From the NCBI GenBank assembly GCA_964603885.1, contig CAZRWM010000002.1:1-62749 (forward strand): 62,749 bases of DNA. Reading direction: 5' to 3'. The notes under the pieces were generated by a model. It did not search any database and was not told the DNA's origin. It worked only from the letters and a program-made list of their open reading frames with translations. Both the position numbers and the translations under genes were made by a program. Below, piece after piece: positions 20,035 to 30,134 of this stretch. Position 1 is the first letter of the stretch. Each line of letters begins with the position of its first letter. This stretch comes from an uncultured bacterium (GTDB taxonomy: Bacteria > Muiribacteriota > UBA6191).

Positions 20035-20931
20035 GTGTTTAATGGCACTCCGTCCCATATTTAGCTGTGCTTCCACTGAGTTACCTCCAATGTGAGGCGT
20101 TGTTATAAGCTGGGGCAGACTTAAAAATTCAATATCTACAGGAGGTTCTATTTCATATACATCGAGAGCTGCACCAGCAATTTGGTTATCTATCAGTGCT
20201 TGCTTTAATGCTAATTGATTAATAAGTTGTCCTCGTGCCGTATTTACTATGAAAGCGTCATTACGCATTCTCTTTAATCTTTCGTGGTTGATTAGATATT
20301 TGGTCTGATTAGTTAATGGTAGATGTAATGTAATGAATTGGCATTTTTCAAAGATTTCATCCTTTGAGACCTGCTTGGCTCCGTGAGATTTTATTAGTGA
20401 TTGTTTGTCTTCGATATCATTTATTAATATTTTACATTGAAAAGGCTTTAGTAGCTCTATCAATTGATAACCCACATTTCCACAGCCAATTATTCCTACA
20501 GAGCGATTACTTAACTGAATACCGCCATTTTTTTCCCAAGTACCAGATTTAAGAGGTAAACCTTTCAAAAACATATTATGAGATAATGCAAGCATAAATC
20601 CAAGGGTTAGTTCGGCAACACTTAATTTATTAACTCCAGCTGTAAATCCCAATTTAATATTTAAATTATTTAATGCATTTAAGTCTATGTTGTCTATTCC
20701 AACACCATACTTGCTTATAATTTTAATATGAGGAAATTGTTCTAAGAGATTCCGATCAACTTTTTCTGTACCTACAATGAGCCCTTCTGCATCCTCATAA
20801 AAGCTGATCAATTCATCATACGAAGGTACTCCATGCGACATTAAAAATTTAGTTTTTGGAAAATGCTTTAATAGTTCTAAGCGTAAAATTCGATTCTTGC
20901 AAAAACTTGTGGCACTTACAGCTATTTTCAT
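19996..20931 (-). CDS. D-isomer-specific 2-hydroxyacid dehydrogenase family protein
   Basis: 311 aa. NAD fold GIIGCGNVGYQL, then TLHLPLT, VNTARGQLI, LDVYEIEPP and PHIGGNS. Confidence 0.85.
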   Translation of the reverse strand: MKIAVSATSFCKNRILRLELLKHFPKTKFLMSHGVPSYDELISFYEDAEGLIVGTEKVDRNLLEQFPHIKIISKYGVGIDNIDLNALNNLNIKLGFTAGVNKLSVAELTLGFMLALSHNMFLKGLPLKSGTWEKNGGIQLSNRSVGIIGCGNVGYQLIELLKPFQCKILINDIEDKQSLIKSHGAKQVSKDEIFEKCQFITLHLPLTNQTKYLINHERLKRMRNDAFIVNTARGQLINQLALKQALIDNQIAGAALDVYEIEPPVDIEFLSLPQLITTPHIGGNSVEAQLNMGRSAIKHLVSFFKNETTIT

Positions 20932-20934
20932 AAT

Positions 20935-22635
20935 TTACATACGATCTAGGGTTTCGAGCCCTAAAATATTGAGACCTTTTTTGAGTACTCTAGCGGTAAG
21001 TAAAGCTAAAGCCATTCTGGAATTACGTAATTCAGGTGTTTCTGCTCGCAGTATACTGACTTGATTATAAAAAGATGCAAATAAACTAGATAATTGATAA
21101 ATGTAGTCTGCAAGCAAATTAGGTCTACAATTTTCACGAGCTAATTGGACAGTATCATTCAAGCGGAATAGTTGTAGACATAAATCTTTTTCAATTTCCG
21201 TTGAAATTTTAATATGAGTATCAATGGATAATTCACCTATTTGATCTTTATATTTACGGTAAATGGCTTGAATTCGAGCATAGGCATACAGTAAATAAGG
21301 CGCTGAATTACCCTCTAAATTAAGAGCCTTTTCCCAGGTGAATGTAATGTCAGTTGAAGGATTTTGACACAAGTCCTGGTATTTAATTGCTGAAATACCT
21401 ACGACTCGTGCTATTTCACGTTTTTGAGACTCACTGTAATTAGTCTCATTCAAAACTTGATAGGCTTTGTCTTCAGCCTCATTCAGTAGAGCCTTGAGGC
21501 TAATGACTTGTCCTTCTTTGGTGGACATAATAGTTCCTTCACCAAATTTCATTAGGCCAAAAGGAATATGCTTTAGATTAGTAGAGTATCCCTGAAGCCT
21601 AGCGATCTCAAAAATCTGTTGAAAGTGTAGTTTCTGTCTATTATCTGTGACATAAAGAATAATACTTGGATTGAATTCTTCAACACGCGTTTCGACCGTG
21701 GCAATGTCAGTTGTTGAGTAGAGAAATGATCCATCACTTTTTTGGACAGGTAAAGGAGGCAATATGTCGTTATTAAAAAAAACTACTTGAGCCCCTTCGG
21801 ACTCATGACAAATATTTTTTTCTTTTAATTTATTAACAACGTTTGGAAGGGTAGGATTGTAATAAGATTCTCCTCGTTGCATATCAAATTGTACATTTAG
21901 TCTCGAATAAACACTTTCGAATTCTGTTAAGCTAATTGATATAAAATTTTTCCAAAGCGAATAATTCGGCTCCTCTTCTCTCTGTAAAGCTGCAACCTCT
22001 GCTCTTGCATGTTCATTTAAGGTTTTATCATTTTTAGCTAGTGCTACAAATTTTTGATATAGATTTTCCAAAAAAGATACAGAGTTACGATTAGTATCCT
22101 CTGGAATATCGAAATTCTTGTATGCATATAAAAGCTTACCAAATTGAGTTCCCCAATCACCTATGTGATTATCTGCCAATACCCTATATCCACAAGAAAG
22201 ATAAATCCGCTTTAAGGCATCGCCAATGATAGTGGAACGTATATGAGCAACATGCATAGTTTTTGCAACATTTGGCGCTGAATAATCAATAATAACAGGC
22301 TTGGTATTGTTTGTTTGCTCTATTCCTAAAAGATCATCTTTTGATAGATTATTAATGTGTTCTTCAATAAACTCTTTCTTCAAAAAAATATTTATAAAAC
22401 CGGGACCAACAATTTCAATTTTTTCAAAACACTTCTTTTCAATCAATTCGCTTACAATTTTTTCAGCTATTTGACGTGGGTTTTGTTTTAGTATTTTTGA
22501 ATGCTGCATAGCTACATTAGTTTGAAAGTCTCCAAAACTTTTCTGAGTAGCGGGGGTAATTTCAAGACGATTAGGGTCAGTTCCTTCAATTTTTTTAAGA
22601 GCTTGATTAAAGCGACTTTTCAAGTCTTGAATCAT
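20935..22635 (-). CDS. argS: Arginine--tRNA ligase
   Basis: 566 aa. Class I HIGH-type motif NVAKTMHVAHIRS, the anticodon-binding region, and the typical ArgRS C-terminal residue M. Confidence 0.95.
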   Translation of the reverse strand: MIQDLKSRFNQALKKIEGTDPNRLEITPATQKSFGDFQTNVAMQHSKILKQNPRQIAEKIVSELIEKKCFEKIEIVGPGFINIFLKKEFIEEHINNLSKDDLLGIEQTNNTKPVIIDYSAPNVAKTMHVAHIRSTIIGDALKRIYLSCGYRVLADNHIGDWGTQFGKLLYAYKNFDIPEDTNRNSVSFLENLYQKFVALAKNDKTLNEHARAEVAALQREEEPNYSLWKNFISISLTEFESVYSRLNVQFDMQRGESYYNPTLPNVVNKLKEKNICHESEGAQVVFFNNDILPPLPVQKSDGSFLYSTTDIATVETRVEEFNPSIILYVTDNRQKLHFQQIFEIARLQGYSTNLKHIPFGLMKFGEGTIMSTKEGQVISLKALLNEAEDKAYQVLNETNYSESQKREIARVVGISAIKYQDLCQNPSTDITFTWEKALNLEGNSAPYLLYAYARIQAIYRKYKDQIGELSIDTHIKISTEIEKDLCLQLFRLNDTVQLARENCRPNLLADYIYQLSSLFASFYNQVSILRAETPELRNSRMALALLTARVLKKGLNILGLETLDRM

Positions 22636-22728
22636 TACAAATCTCCTCGTAAATTAGAAATGCGGCTCAGGATAATGCATTGCTTTGGTAAAGTCTTGTC
22701 ATAGAACTGATTTTTAGGAGAAAGTGAT

Positions 22729-23379
22729 ATGAGAATTTTATTACTATATTTAATAGTTGGTCAAACATTTGCCACTTCAAACAACTTAAGCTATACAAAG
22801 ACTCACAAATCGACCAGACTAAAACTTCTGTCTAATATTTATAGACCAGTTCCATTTGTATCTCACAATAAGCCAGGTAAGATTTATGGGACTTATTTGG
22901 CTCGAAATATTTCGTATAAACCTATTACAAAGATTCGTACATACATAGAAAAAGTTAGAAACCTTAAACTAAAACATCGAGGAGAAGCTCACATAACTGT
23001 TCTAACGCCTCCAGAATTTAACCATATAAAACGATGGAATCCCTCAATAAATATGATAAGTATTGATCATTTAGTTGATTCATTAATTCAGTATGTTCAT
23101 TTCAATATTTTAGGCATTGGTAGCCTAAAAGGGCAAAACACTAATAAGCAGGAATCAGAAGTTTTCTTTTTGGTCATCAAATCTCGTGGACTAAGAACAA
23201 TTAGAAAACTAATAGCCGCGGAATGGTCTATTCCAAAGGATATTTTTGATCCAATGAAGCAAGATTTTCATATTACTATCGGATTTACAGCCAGCGATTT
23301 ATTTTCACGTAAGGGTTTCGAAGCTAAAAAAGATTCTTCGACAATTCAATTAGACCTAAATTTTGATTCAATAAAGTGA
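22729..23379 (+). CDS. Secreted protein with two HxT motifs (possible 2H phosphoesterase fold)
   Basis: 216 aa. Signal peptide MRILLLYLIVGQTFATS. Two H-I-T motifs (GEAHITVLTP and DFHITIGFT) about 100 residues apart, as in LigT/CPDase-type 2H enzymes. Confidence 0.4.
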   Translation: MRILLLYLIVGQTFATSNNLSYTKTHKSTRLKLLSNIYRPVPFVSHNKPGKIYGTYLARNISYKPITKIRTYIEKVRNLKLKHRGEAHITVLTPPEFNHIKRWNPSINMISIDHLVDSLIQYVHFNILGIGSLKGQNTNKQESEVFFLVIKSRGLRTIRKLIAAEWSIPKDIFDPMKQDFHITIGFTASDLFSRKGFEAKKDSSTIQLDLNFDSIK

Positions 23380-23391
23380 ATATAAAAGAAA

Positions 23392-23415
23392 AGCTCCGCT
23401 AAAATTCGCGGAGCT
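23392..23415 (+). terminator. Possible intrinsic terminator hairpin
   Basis: AGCTCCGC / taaaattc / GCGGAGCT forms an 8-bp GC-rich stem 13 nt after the stop codon. It is followed only by CTTTA, a weak U-tract. Confidence 0.4.
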
Positions 23416-23659
23416 CTTTAGTATCCGACCCTGAGTACAACATTCTTTGGACCTGAGGTGGGAATATATAAATTAATTTCGTCTGATTTAATACGAACCC
23501 TATTTGCTTAAAAAAATGTGTTCGATGTACAGTTCGTGTAATTAGGCAACAGGTGCATTGAATATGTCAATATTTTTGATATTAAACATTAATTAAATTG
23601 ATCAATGGGCAGCTTGATTAAAAATACTTACAATGAAGTATATGAGGGAAAAAATTTAG

Positions 23660-25186
23660 ATGAATGATCAAGAGTTTAAAGATTGCATCGATGCACAGTT
23701 AGCAGACTTTATAATGATGACACTGCTGGTTGAAATTGGAAAAAATACTGACCTATCAAACGGAAAGGAAAATTTTCTAATAACACTCTGTAGCCTGTTA
23801 AGTATCGATAGAAAAAGGCTAAATGAGTTACAAAAATTAGCATGTGAAGGTTTTATTGATGTACAAAATAAAGATCATTTCATAAATTTTGAATCATTTT
23901 TCAAACAGATTCATGAGCGAGTCGTTCATCAGTTTGATAAGCACACTGCGGATCAGATTGTACTAAAAATTTATAACCATATAAATTGTATTGAATACTA
24001 TTCTTTGAAACAGTTGAATCTTAGAGTATTAAAGTGCTACACCGCAAAACACAAGCAATCCGATAATAATTCAAAAAATATGAATAGAATAGGTGAGCTT
24101 ATTCAGTCCACTCAGGATGAAGAATTTCGAGATCTATTAATCGAAGTAACTGAAAAAGATTGGGCTTCTGAATTAGAAGACTTTCGAAATAAAGTAATCG
24201 ATTTGAAAGTTGAAGATTCCGTAAGACTAGATATTAATATAAACCAAGAAAAAGGTATCAAACAAGGAGCCTACGTAGGTGGGCTGCTATCGGCCATATT
24301 TGGTCTATTTATTGGTAAAGATTTAATCTTATTGGCGTCATTAATTGCAATGGTAGGTATTTCGATTGTATCTGTCTTTCTCATGGGAGGGGTAGGTGCT
24401 GTTGTTTCAGCGGTGCTCGGAATAATAGGAGTAGTGTTTTATTCCACCATATTGATGCCATTAATTGCTAGTGGAAACTTAATTATAAGTAAGGCGGTGG
24501 GTGTAATTGCTTGCACTGCAATAGGTTCTATAGTTGGAGCAGGCTTAGGTGTAAAATTTTTACGCTATAGATTATATAAAAAGATGTCAGAATTAGAAAA
24601 GCCATATAGAGAAATGCTTACATCCTACGTTCTAATGCCTAATGATCTATTACGTTTTTGGGAGAGTCGAGTAGAAATATACCTGCGAGAACGAAAATTA
24701 CGAGTACAAACTAGGATAAAAGAAGCCAGTCGTACAAGAGCGGAATGTATAAAGATCATTAAAGAACTAAAGGATTTGAAGAAGACTCATGATCCAACAA
24801 CAGAAAACAATCTTATGTTTCAATCAAAAAATATGGCAAGAGTGATCAAGGAAGCACAGCAGGTCAGCATTCTATTGCAAAAACTTGAAGATAAATTTGC
24901 TTCAAAAATTGAAGAGCTCCGTGTTTTGGTAACACGCCAAGAAGAGTACGAGAGAGATCAATATAGACTTCAAGAAATTGAAGGTAAGGTTCGCAAAATT
25001 ATTGGTAAATCTCAAGAAATACGACAAAATTGGAAGGAAGAAAAATCCAACTTACAAGTACAAATTCAAGGTATGATGAATGCATTTCAAGATCAACTAC
25101 TCCATACTAAAGATTTTGTCCAGGCAGAAATTTCATTAAAATCGTATACGGACAACAAAAATATTGAACACATTGATAATACTTAG
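23660..25186 (+). CDS. Membrane protein with glycine-zipper TM block and C-terminal coiled coil (508 aa)
   Basis: A soluble N-domain is followed by about 100 aa of Gly/Ala/Ile-rich TM segments (GGLLSAIFGLFIG...GGVGAVVSAVLGIIG...). A K/E/Q/R-rich heptad-like region follows. Confidence 0.55.
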   Translation: MNDQEFKDCIDAQLADFIMMTLLVEIGKNTDLSNGKENFLITLCSLLSIDRKRLNELQKLACEGFIDVQNKDHFINFESFFKQIHERVVHQFDKHTADQIVLKIYNHINCIEYYSLKQLNLRVLKCYTAKHKQSDNNSKNMNRIGELIQSTQDEEFRDLLIEVTEKDWASELEDFRNKVIDLKVEDSVRLDININQEKGIKQGAYVGGLLSAIFGLFIGKDLILLASLIAMVGISIVSVFLMGGVGAVVSAVLGIIGVVFYSTILMPLIASGNLIISKAVGVIACTAIGSIVGAGLGVKFLRYRLYKKMSELEKPYREMLTSYVLMPNDLLRFWESRVEIYLRERKLRVQTRIKEASRTRAECIKIIKELKDLKKTHDPTTENNLMFQSKNMARVIKEAQQVSILLQKLEDKFASKIEELRVLVTRQEEYERDQYRLQEIEGKVRKIIGKSQEIRQNWKEEKSNLQVQIQGMMNAFQDQLLHTKDFVQAEISLKSYTDNKNIEHIDNT

Positions 25187-25197
25187 AAAATTAAATA

Positions 25198-26784
25198 TTG
25201 GTAGATTCATCTTTTCTATTAAAATCCCGAATAAATACTGGGCATATGGTACAGAAATTTAGACAATTTTTGACTTGGCTTACTGGCGCTGAAAAAGATG
25301 AGCAGCCCCTTGTGCTGCTATGTTTTGCGGCTATTTTTTTACTTTTAGTCTCTTACTACATCGTGAAGCCAATGAGAAACTCTCAGTTCTTAAAGGAATT
25401 TCCACCAAATTATAAACCATTTTTTTTTCTAGTCAGCGCGATGTTTTCACTACTTTTTACAAAAATATTCAATCATTTTTTTGTAAGAGTGAACATGCAT
25501 CGTTTAGTTGGTTATACATTTCTTGCAATGATATGTTTCAAACTATTATTTACTGGAATTTTTTTATTGGAATCTCATCAATGGGCTGTAATTGCATTTT
25601 ATTTTTGGGCTTCTAGCTATTTTTTATTGTGTATATCTGTAACATGGGGAGCAATAAATTATTTATTCAGCCCAGAACAAAGTAGACGATGCTTTGGTTT
25701 TATTGCTGTAGGAGCTACATTAGGAGCGTGGATAGGTGCTCCATTAACAAGATTACTTATCGAAAACAATTTGCGCGATTATTTGCTAGTTGTGTCCGCC
25801 GTGATTATGTTTTTTACCATGTTTTTTATGGCAAAAGCTTCCAATTTTGCAAAAAATCATAAGGTAAATAACGATTTAAAATATGTTGACGATAGTTTAG
25901 TAAATGAAAGCAAATCAGATTCATCTCTACTCAAAGATATTATAAAATTATTTAAGCATCATTATGCTCGTTGCCTAGCGATTATGGTTTTTGCTTTAGC
26001 AGTATCGAATACGATTTTAGACTTTCAATCAGACCCTATTATTGATACTGAAGTAGCTAGTAAAAGTTATCTTTCTTCTTTTGAAGAGTTGAATACTTTA
26101 TTAAATTCCTCCAACAGCAAAGAAATAAACTCTGAAGGCTTTCAGTTTGTGTATGGTTATAAATTTCAAGCAAATGAGGATCGTTCTGAATACATACGTA
26201 ATTTTCTACAAACAAATCCTAGAGTAAATAGTCTTAGCGTCCAATATATTCAAAGTAAATTTGTGGAATTTAAAGATTCTAACTATGACCAAATGGGTAT
26301 TTTTTATTCCACAACTTACAGCCTGCAGAATGTTCTAGGACTACTGTTACTTTTGTTATCTCGTATGATTTTTAAGTTATTGTCAGTAAGGTTTGCAATA
26401 ATGTTGCTTCCATTATTTTTTCTTGTCGCTGGGAATGTTCTAAATTTAGATATTGGATTAGAAATCATTCAAATACTAATGGTCGTTGGTGGAGCACTTA
26501 ACTATTCTATTAATAATGTCACCAAAGAGGTCTTATATACTCCTACATCTAAGGAAACTAAAGGCAAACTAAAAGCAATAATTGATGGTCCAATGATGCG
26601 CATAGGTGATCTGTTTGCTTCCGTAGTCAAAATTTCATTGGTTCTTTTATTAGGAGAGGCCTTTTACGCTAACGCTTTTCTAGCAGTAGGTCTAATAGTA
26701 GTTGTTATTTGGGTGTTATCGGTTTGGTATGCTGCTGGTATTTATCAAAAAAATCAAGCCGCAGGAAGTACTGTGACTATCTAG
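25198..26784 (+). CDS. Polytopic transporter, MFS-like, resembling NTT/TLC (ATP:ADP antiporter family) proteins
   Basis: 528 aa with about 12 hydrophobic segments. N-terminal LLLVSYYIVKPMRNSQF, then FYFWASSYFLLCISVTWGAINYLFSPEQSRRCFGFIAVGATLGAWIGA. These resemble the conserved TLC-family blocks. The start is uncertain (TTG 25198 or ATG 25246). Confidence 0.45.
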   Translation: MVDSSFLLKSRINTGHMVQKFRQFLTWLTGAEKDEQPLVLLCFAAIFLLLVSYYIVKPMRNSQFLKEFPPNYKPFFFLVSAMFSLLFTKIFNHFFVRVNMHRLVGYTFLAMICFKLLFTGIFLLESHQWAVIAFYFWASSYFLLCISVTWGAINYLFSPEQSRRCFGFIAVGATLGAWIGAPLTRLLIENNLRDYLLVVSAVIMFFTMFFMAKASNFAKNHKVNNDLKYVDDSLVNESKSDSSLLKDIIKLFKHHYARCLAIMVFALAVSNTILDFQSDPIIDTEVASKSYLSSFEELNTLLNSSNSKEINSEGFQFVYGYKFQANEDRSEYIRNFLQTNPRVNSLSVQYIQSKFVEFKDSNYDQMGIFYSTTYSLQNVLGLLLLLLSRMIFKLLSVRFAIMLLPLFFLVAGNVLNLDIGLEIIQILMVVGGALNYSINNVTKEVLYTPTSKETKGKLKAIIDGPMMRIGDLFASVVKISLVLLLGEAFYANAFLAVGLIVVVIWVLSVWYAAGIYQKNQAAGSTVTI

Positions 26785-26819
26785 TTCATTAAATTGGAGA
26801 CTCTATCAAATTTCAATTA

Positions 26820-28268
26820 ATGTTGAGCATGGTTATTACCATATCATTTAGCTTAATATTACTTATTTTTCATGCTGATATGGCATGTGATGATAGCTAT
26901 ATTCATGAACGAATAGCTATAAATATGTCTTTGCACGGCCTCCCTTATTTTGATCTCTCTCAGCCACTAATGATAAGCACTTCTATGGTGTGGACCTTAT
27001 TACTATCGTTCTTATATAAATTACCAGGAGATTTATATATATGGATTGCTATCTTAAATTCAATAACGGTAAGTATAATTAGCTTTCTATGGTGTCAACT
27101 TAACAATTCAAATAATCTGGTAAGCTTTTGGTTAGCCTATATTTTCAATATATGCTGTTTGCATGTAGCCGCTATTGACCGAATGGAAACACCATTTGCA
27201 TGTTTTGCAGTATTTCTATGTTTGTGGCTTTGCAAAACCCAAAGATTTTTAATATTACCAATAGTAATAAGCGTATTACCTTTTATTAGACCTGAATTAA
27301 TTTTATTCAGTTTAGTAATAGGTATTTATTGGTATCGAAATTATCAACAGAAAAGGTTAAGCATAATTACAGGTATACTTTTTATTAGTGCTGTTACCTG
27401 CTGGCTAGTATATCTATTTGAGGGAATTATTCCTCATGCAATCATTGTAAAGTCTGTTGTATACCATATCGAATTTCATCAGACGCTGTTTGATCTACTA
27501 CCTGGTAGAGAGAATTGGTCTTTAATATTCAGATTGATACCATTATTGGTTTTTGTACAGATATTGAAATTGAATATTTGGTCTAAGTTAGTCGGTATAT
27601 ATATATTTTTATTGTATTCAGTGTACCTATTGAAGAGTACATTTATTTTCTCTTGGTATCCCGCCCTCATTCACTGTCCATTACTTTTTCTTGCATTTAC
27701 TCTATGTATGAGAAACCGCAAATATATGGTTCTAATATTTTGCTTTAATTTACCTTTTCTATTCGATTTTTATCTCACTTGTACGAACCACTACAGGTAT
27801 TCATTAAGAAGCGCTAGAGTTCAAACTTACTTAAAGTTATCTAAAGTTTTTTCTCGATACACTAATGAAAACACACGCCTGATGGTAGCTGAAATCGGTG
27901 CAATATCGAAATATTATCCTGGTGTTATTTTGGATGGTGTAGGTTTAGCTACACCGGAGGCACTCAAATACCATCCTTTAGATATCCCAAATCAACGGTC
28001 TCACGGTAGTATAGGTGCTATTCCAAAAAGTTTTTTTGAACTTCAAGAACCGGATTTGGTTGTTGGTTATGATTTATTTATTATGGGAGTTTCTAAATCG
28101 GAAAAACTTCAAAACTATCACATAATAAGACTACCTTTATTTGCCAGCGAGTGGGTTCATAAATTAGCAAATCAACACACATTTTGGGGAAGTCGTAATT
28201 TATATGTATTTATAAGAAAAGATTTTCTAAATATGTCTAATTTGGTTAGCGATCTACGAAAGTTTTAA
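26820..28268 (+). CDS. Polytopic membrane protein, GT-C-like glycosyltransferase candidate
   Basis: 482 aa and highly hydrophobic. The first-loop motif CDDSYIHERIAINMSLHGLPYF...VWTLLL resembles the DDxF/YI..RYA..L..G.GLVFN...LWTLLL motif of a GT-C arabinofuranosyltransferase-like family. Confidence 0.4.
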   Translation: MLSMVITISFSLILLIFHADMACDDSYIHERIAINMSLHGLPYFDLSQPLMISTSMVWTLLLSFLYKLPGDLYIWIAILNSITVSIISFLWCQLNNSNNLVSFWLAYIFNICCLHVAAIDRMETPFACFAVFLCLWLCKTQRFLILPIVISVLPFIRPELILFSLVIGIYWYRNYQQKRLSIITGILFISAVTCWLVYLFEGIIPHAIIVKSVVYHIEFHQTLFDLLPGRENWSLIFRLIPLLVFVQILKLNIWSKLVGIYIFLLYSVYLLKSTFIFSWYPALIHCPLLFLAFTLCMRNRKYMVLIFCFNLPFLFDFYLTCTNHYRYSLRSARVQTYLKLSKVFSRYTNENTRLMVAEIGAISKYYPGVILDGVGLATPEALKYHPLDIPNQRSHGSIGAIPKSFFELQEPDLVVGYDLFIMGVSKSEKLQNYHIIRLPLFASEWVHKLANQHTFWGSRNLYVFIRKDFLNMSNLVSDLRKF

Positions 28269-28276
28269 GGAGTGGA

Positions 28277-28717
28277 ATGAATAGTAACGTTTTGATCCCA
28301 CCAAAATTTATAGAATCAAAATATTCAATTAATTTTGAAAAATTTGTTGGATCTAAACTCTATGAGTATTCAATTGATAATGAGTGGGTATATGGTTTTC
28401 AAACAAATGTAGATAGACATCAAAATCAAGGGGGTAGTATTCATGGTGGTGTGCTGATGACAGCCATTGACCACATTCTTGCTATGAATATTTTAAGACA
28501 AGCAAATCCTCCTAATCGAATAGCAACAATTCAGCTTAATTCCTATTTTGTTTCAAGGGGGATAGCCGGGAAGTTTGTTATTGCCAGACCAAAAATTATT
28601 CGAAAAACTCGTGATGTTATTTTTGTAGAGGGTAGCCTTTTACATGGAAATTATGAGTTTTATCATGCTAGAGGAATATGGAAAATTATTCAGGAAGGCA
28701 GTAGACCAGCTGGCTAG
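28277..28717 (+). CDS. PaaI-family hotdog thioesterase
   Basis: 146 aa. Motif NQGGSIHGGVLMTAIDHIL, typical of PaaI/YbgC-like thioesterases. Confidence 0.75.
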   Translation: MNSNVLIPPKFIESKYSINFEKFVGSKLYEYSIDNEWVYGFQTNVDRHQNQGGSIHGGVLMTAIDHILAMNILRQANPPNRIATIQLNSYFVSRGIAGKFVIARPKIIRKTRDVIFVEGSLLHGNYEFYHARGIWKIIQEGSRPAG

Positions 28718-28725
28718 CAATTTAA

Positions 28726-29472
28726 TCAAATTTTATTAAGTTTTACGGTTTCTTCGGTATCTCCCACTAATTCTCGAATAATAGCTGATGATGCATAAAG
28801 TCCGAACAAAGGTGGCATATAAGAAATTGTACCTAATGATGATTTTTTGAAGTTACTTCCATCGGTTCTAAGAAGCCTCGATTTATCTACAGGCTCAGGA
28901 CTAAATACAGATAAAACCCCTCTTCTGATTCCCATTTTATAGAGGCGTTTACGGACTGCGCGAGCTAGAGTGCAATTATAGGTTTTACTAATATCTTTTA
29001 TTTGAACTTTAGAGGGGTCTAGTTTCCCTCCAGCACCAAGACAAGAAATAATTGGTTTTTTATTTTTCTTAGCAAATTCAATTAGTAGGCATTTAGGTGT
29101 CAGCGTATCGATACAGTCCAAAATAATATCGGCTTGTAACAATCCTAATTCTTCGATATTAGCAGGAACTAAAAACGTATCTATTTGATTAAGTTTAATT
29201 TCTGGATTAATCTCGAGACAGCGTTTACCCATTTCTAGAACTTTAGATTTACCGTCATTACTTGTCAGTGCTATTACTTGTCGATTTCTATTACTAGCTT
29301 CAATTACATCGCCATCAATTAATGTAAGTTCTCCAACACCAGCTCTTACCAAACATTCAACAGCAAAGCCCCCAATGCCTCCTAGTCCTACAATAGCTAC
29401 ATGAGCTTTTTCTAATTCATACATTTTGTTTTGCAATAGTAATTCAGCGCGACTCAGCCAATATGCACTCAT
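28726..29472 (-). CDS. tcdA: tRNA threonylcarbamoyladenosine dehydratase (ThiF/E1-like, TcdA/CsdL)
   Basis: 248 aa. Motif VAIVGLGGIGGFAVECLVRAGVGELTLIDGDVIEASNRNRQ. The length and C-terminal part are typical of TcdA. Confidence 0.8.
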   Translation of the reverse strand: MSAYWLSRAELLLQNKMYELEKAHVAIVGLGGIGGFAVECLVRAGVGELTLIDGDVIEASNRNRQVIALTSNDGKSKVLEMGKRCLEINPEIKLNQIDTFLVPANIEELGLLQADIILDCIDTLTPKCLLIEFAKKNKKPIISCLGAGGKLDPSKVQIKDISKTYNCTLARAVRKRLYKMGIRRGVLSVFSPEPVDKSRLLRTDGSNFKKSSLGTISYMPPLFGLYASSAIIRELVGDTEETVKLNKI

Positions 29473-30130
29473 AATTTTTTCCTGTAACTAATTCTAAATT
29501 TTTCCAGAGCCTTTTATTCAAATCTTTCATATCAATATTTCGAATCGATGAATACCATTCAAACATTTCTAAAATATTGGTATTCTGGTCATTATCAGTT
29601 TCCAGAAAGATAAAATTCAAATCAAGAGTTTTAAGGTAACTAAATTTTTTTTTGTGTATCGAATAGTGATTCATTACTCTCGGAGATAATGATATATAAC
29701 ATCCCGATTGAATAATTGCTTTTGCCATATTTTCATTAGAATTAAAATCATGAAAAACCCAGGGTCTACAATATTTACTCCACTTTTTTCTGAGAGATAG
29801 ACATTCAGAATATGATCGAACAGAATGAACAATGCATGCTAAATCCAATTCAGCGGCAATTTTCAATTGAGCGACCATCGCGTTGTATTGCGTATCAAAA
29901 CTAGGGCCACGCAATTTATCAAGCCCAATTTCGCCCAACATGAGAGGAGAACTAGTTTTGCAAGTGAGTTTAATTGACTCTAATGCAATTGGCCAGTTTT
30001 CATCTAAATACCAGGGGTGTAAACCGTAACAAATAGGTTGGGAGTTTAAACATGGTGAACTAGTGATACTAAAAATATTCGGGTCATCGATTTTATTGTG
30101 AGTATGAAAATCCAAGTAGGGTAATTGCAT
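29444..30130 (-). CDS. TatD-family metal-dependent hydrolase
   Basis: 228 aa. Motifs DFHTH, GEIGLD, VHSVRS, FHDF and ETD. Confidence 0.75.
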   Translation of the reverse strand: MQLPYLDFHTHNKIDDPNIFSITSSPCLNSQPICYGLHPWYLDENWPIALESIKLTCKTSSPLMLGEIGLDKLRGPSFDTQYNAMVAQLKIAAELDLACIVHSVRSYSECLSLRKKWSKYCRPWVFHDFNSNENMAKAIIQSGCYISLSPRVMNHYSIHKKKFSYLKTLDLNFIFLETDNDQNTNILEMFEWYSSIRNIDMKDLNKRLWKNLELVTGKNYECILAESR

Positions 30131-30134
30131 AACC

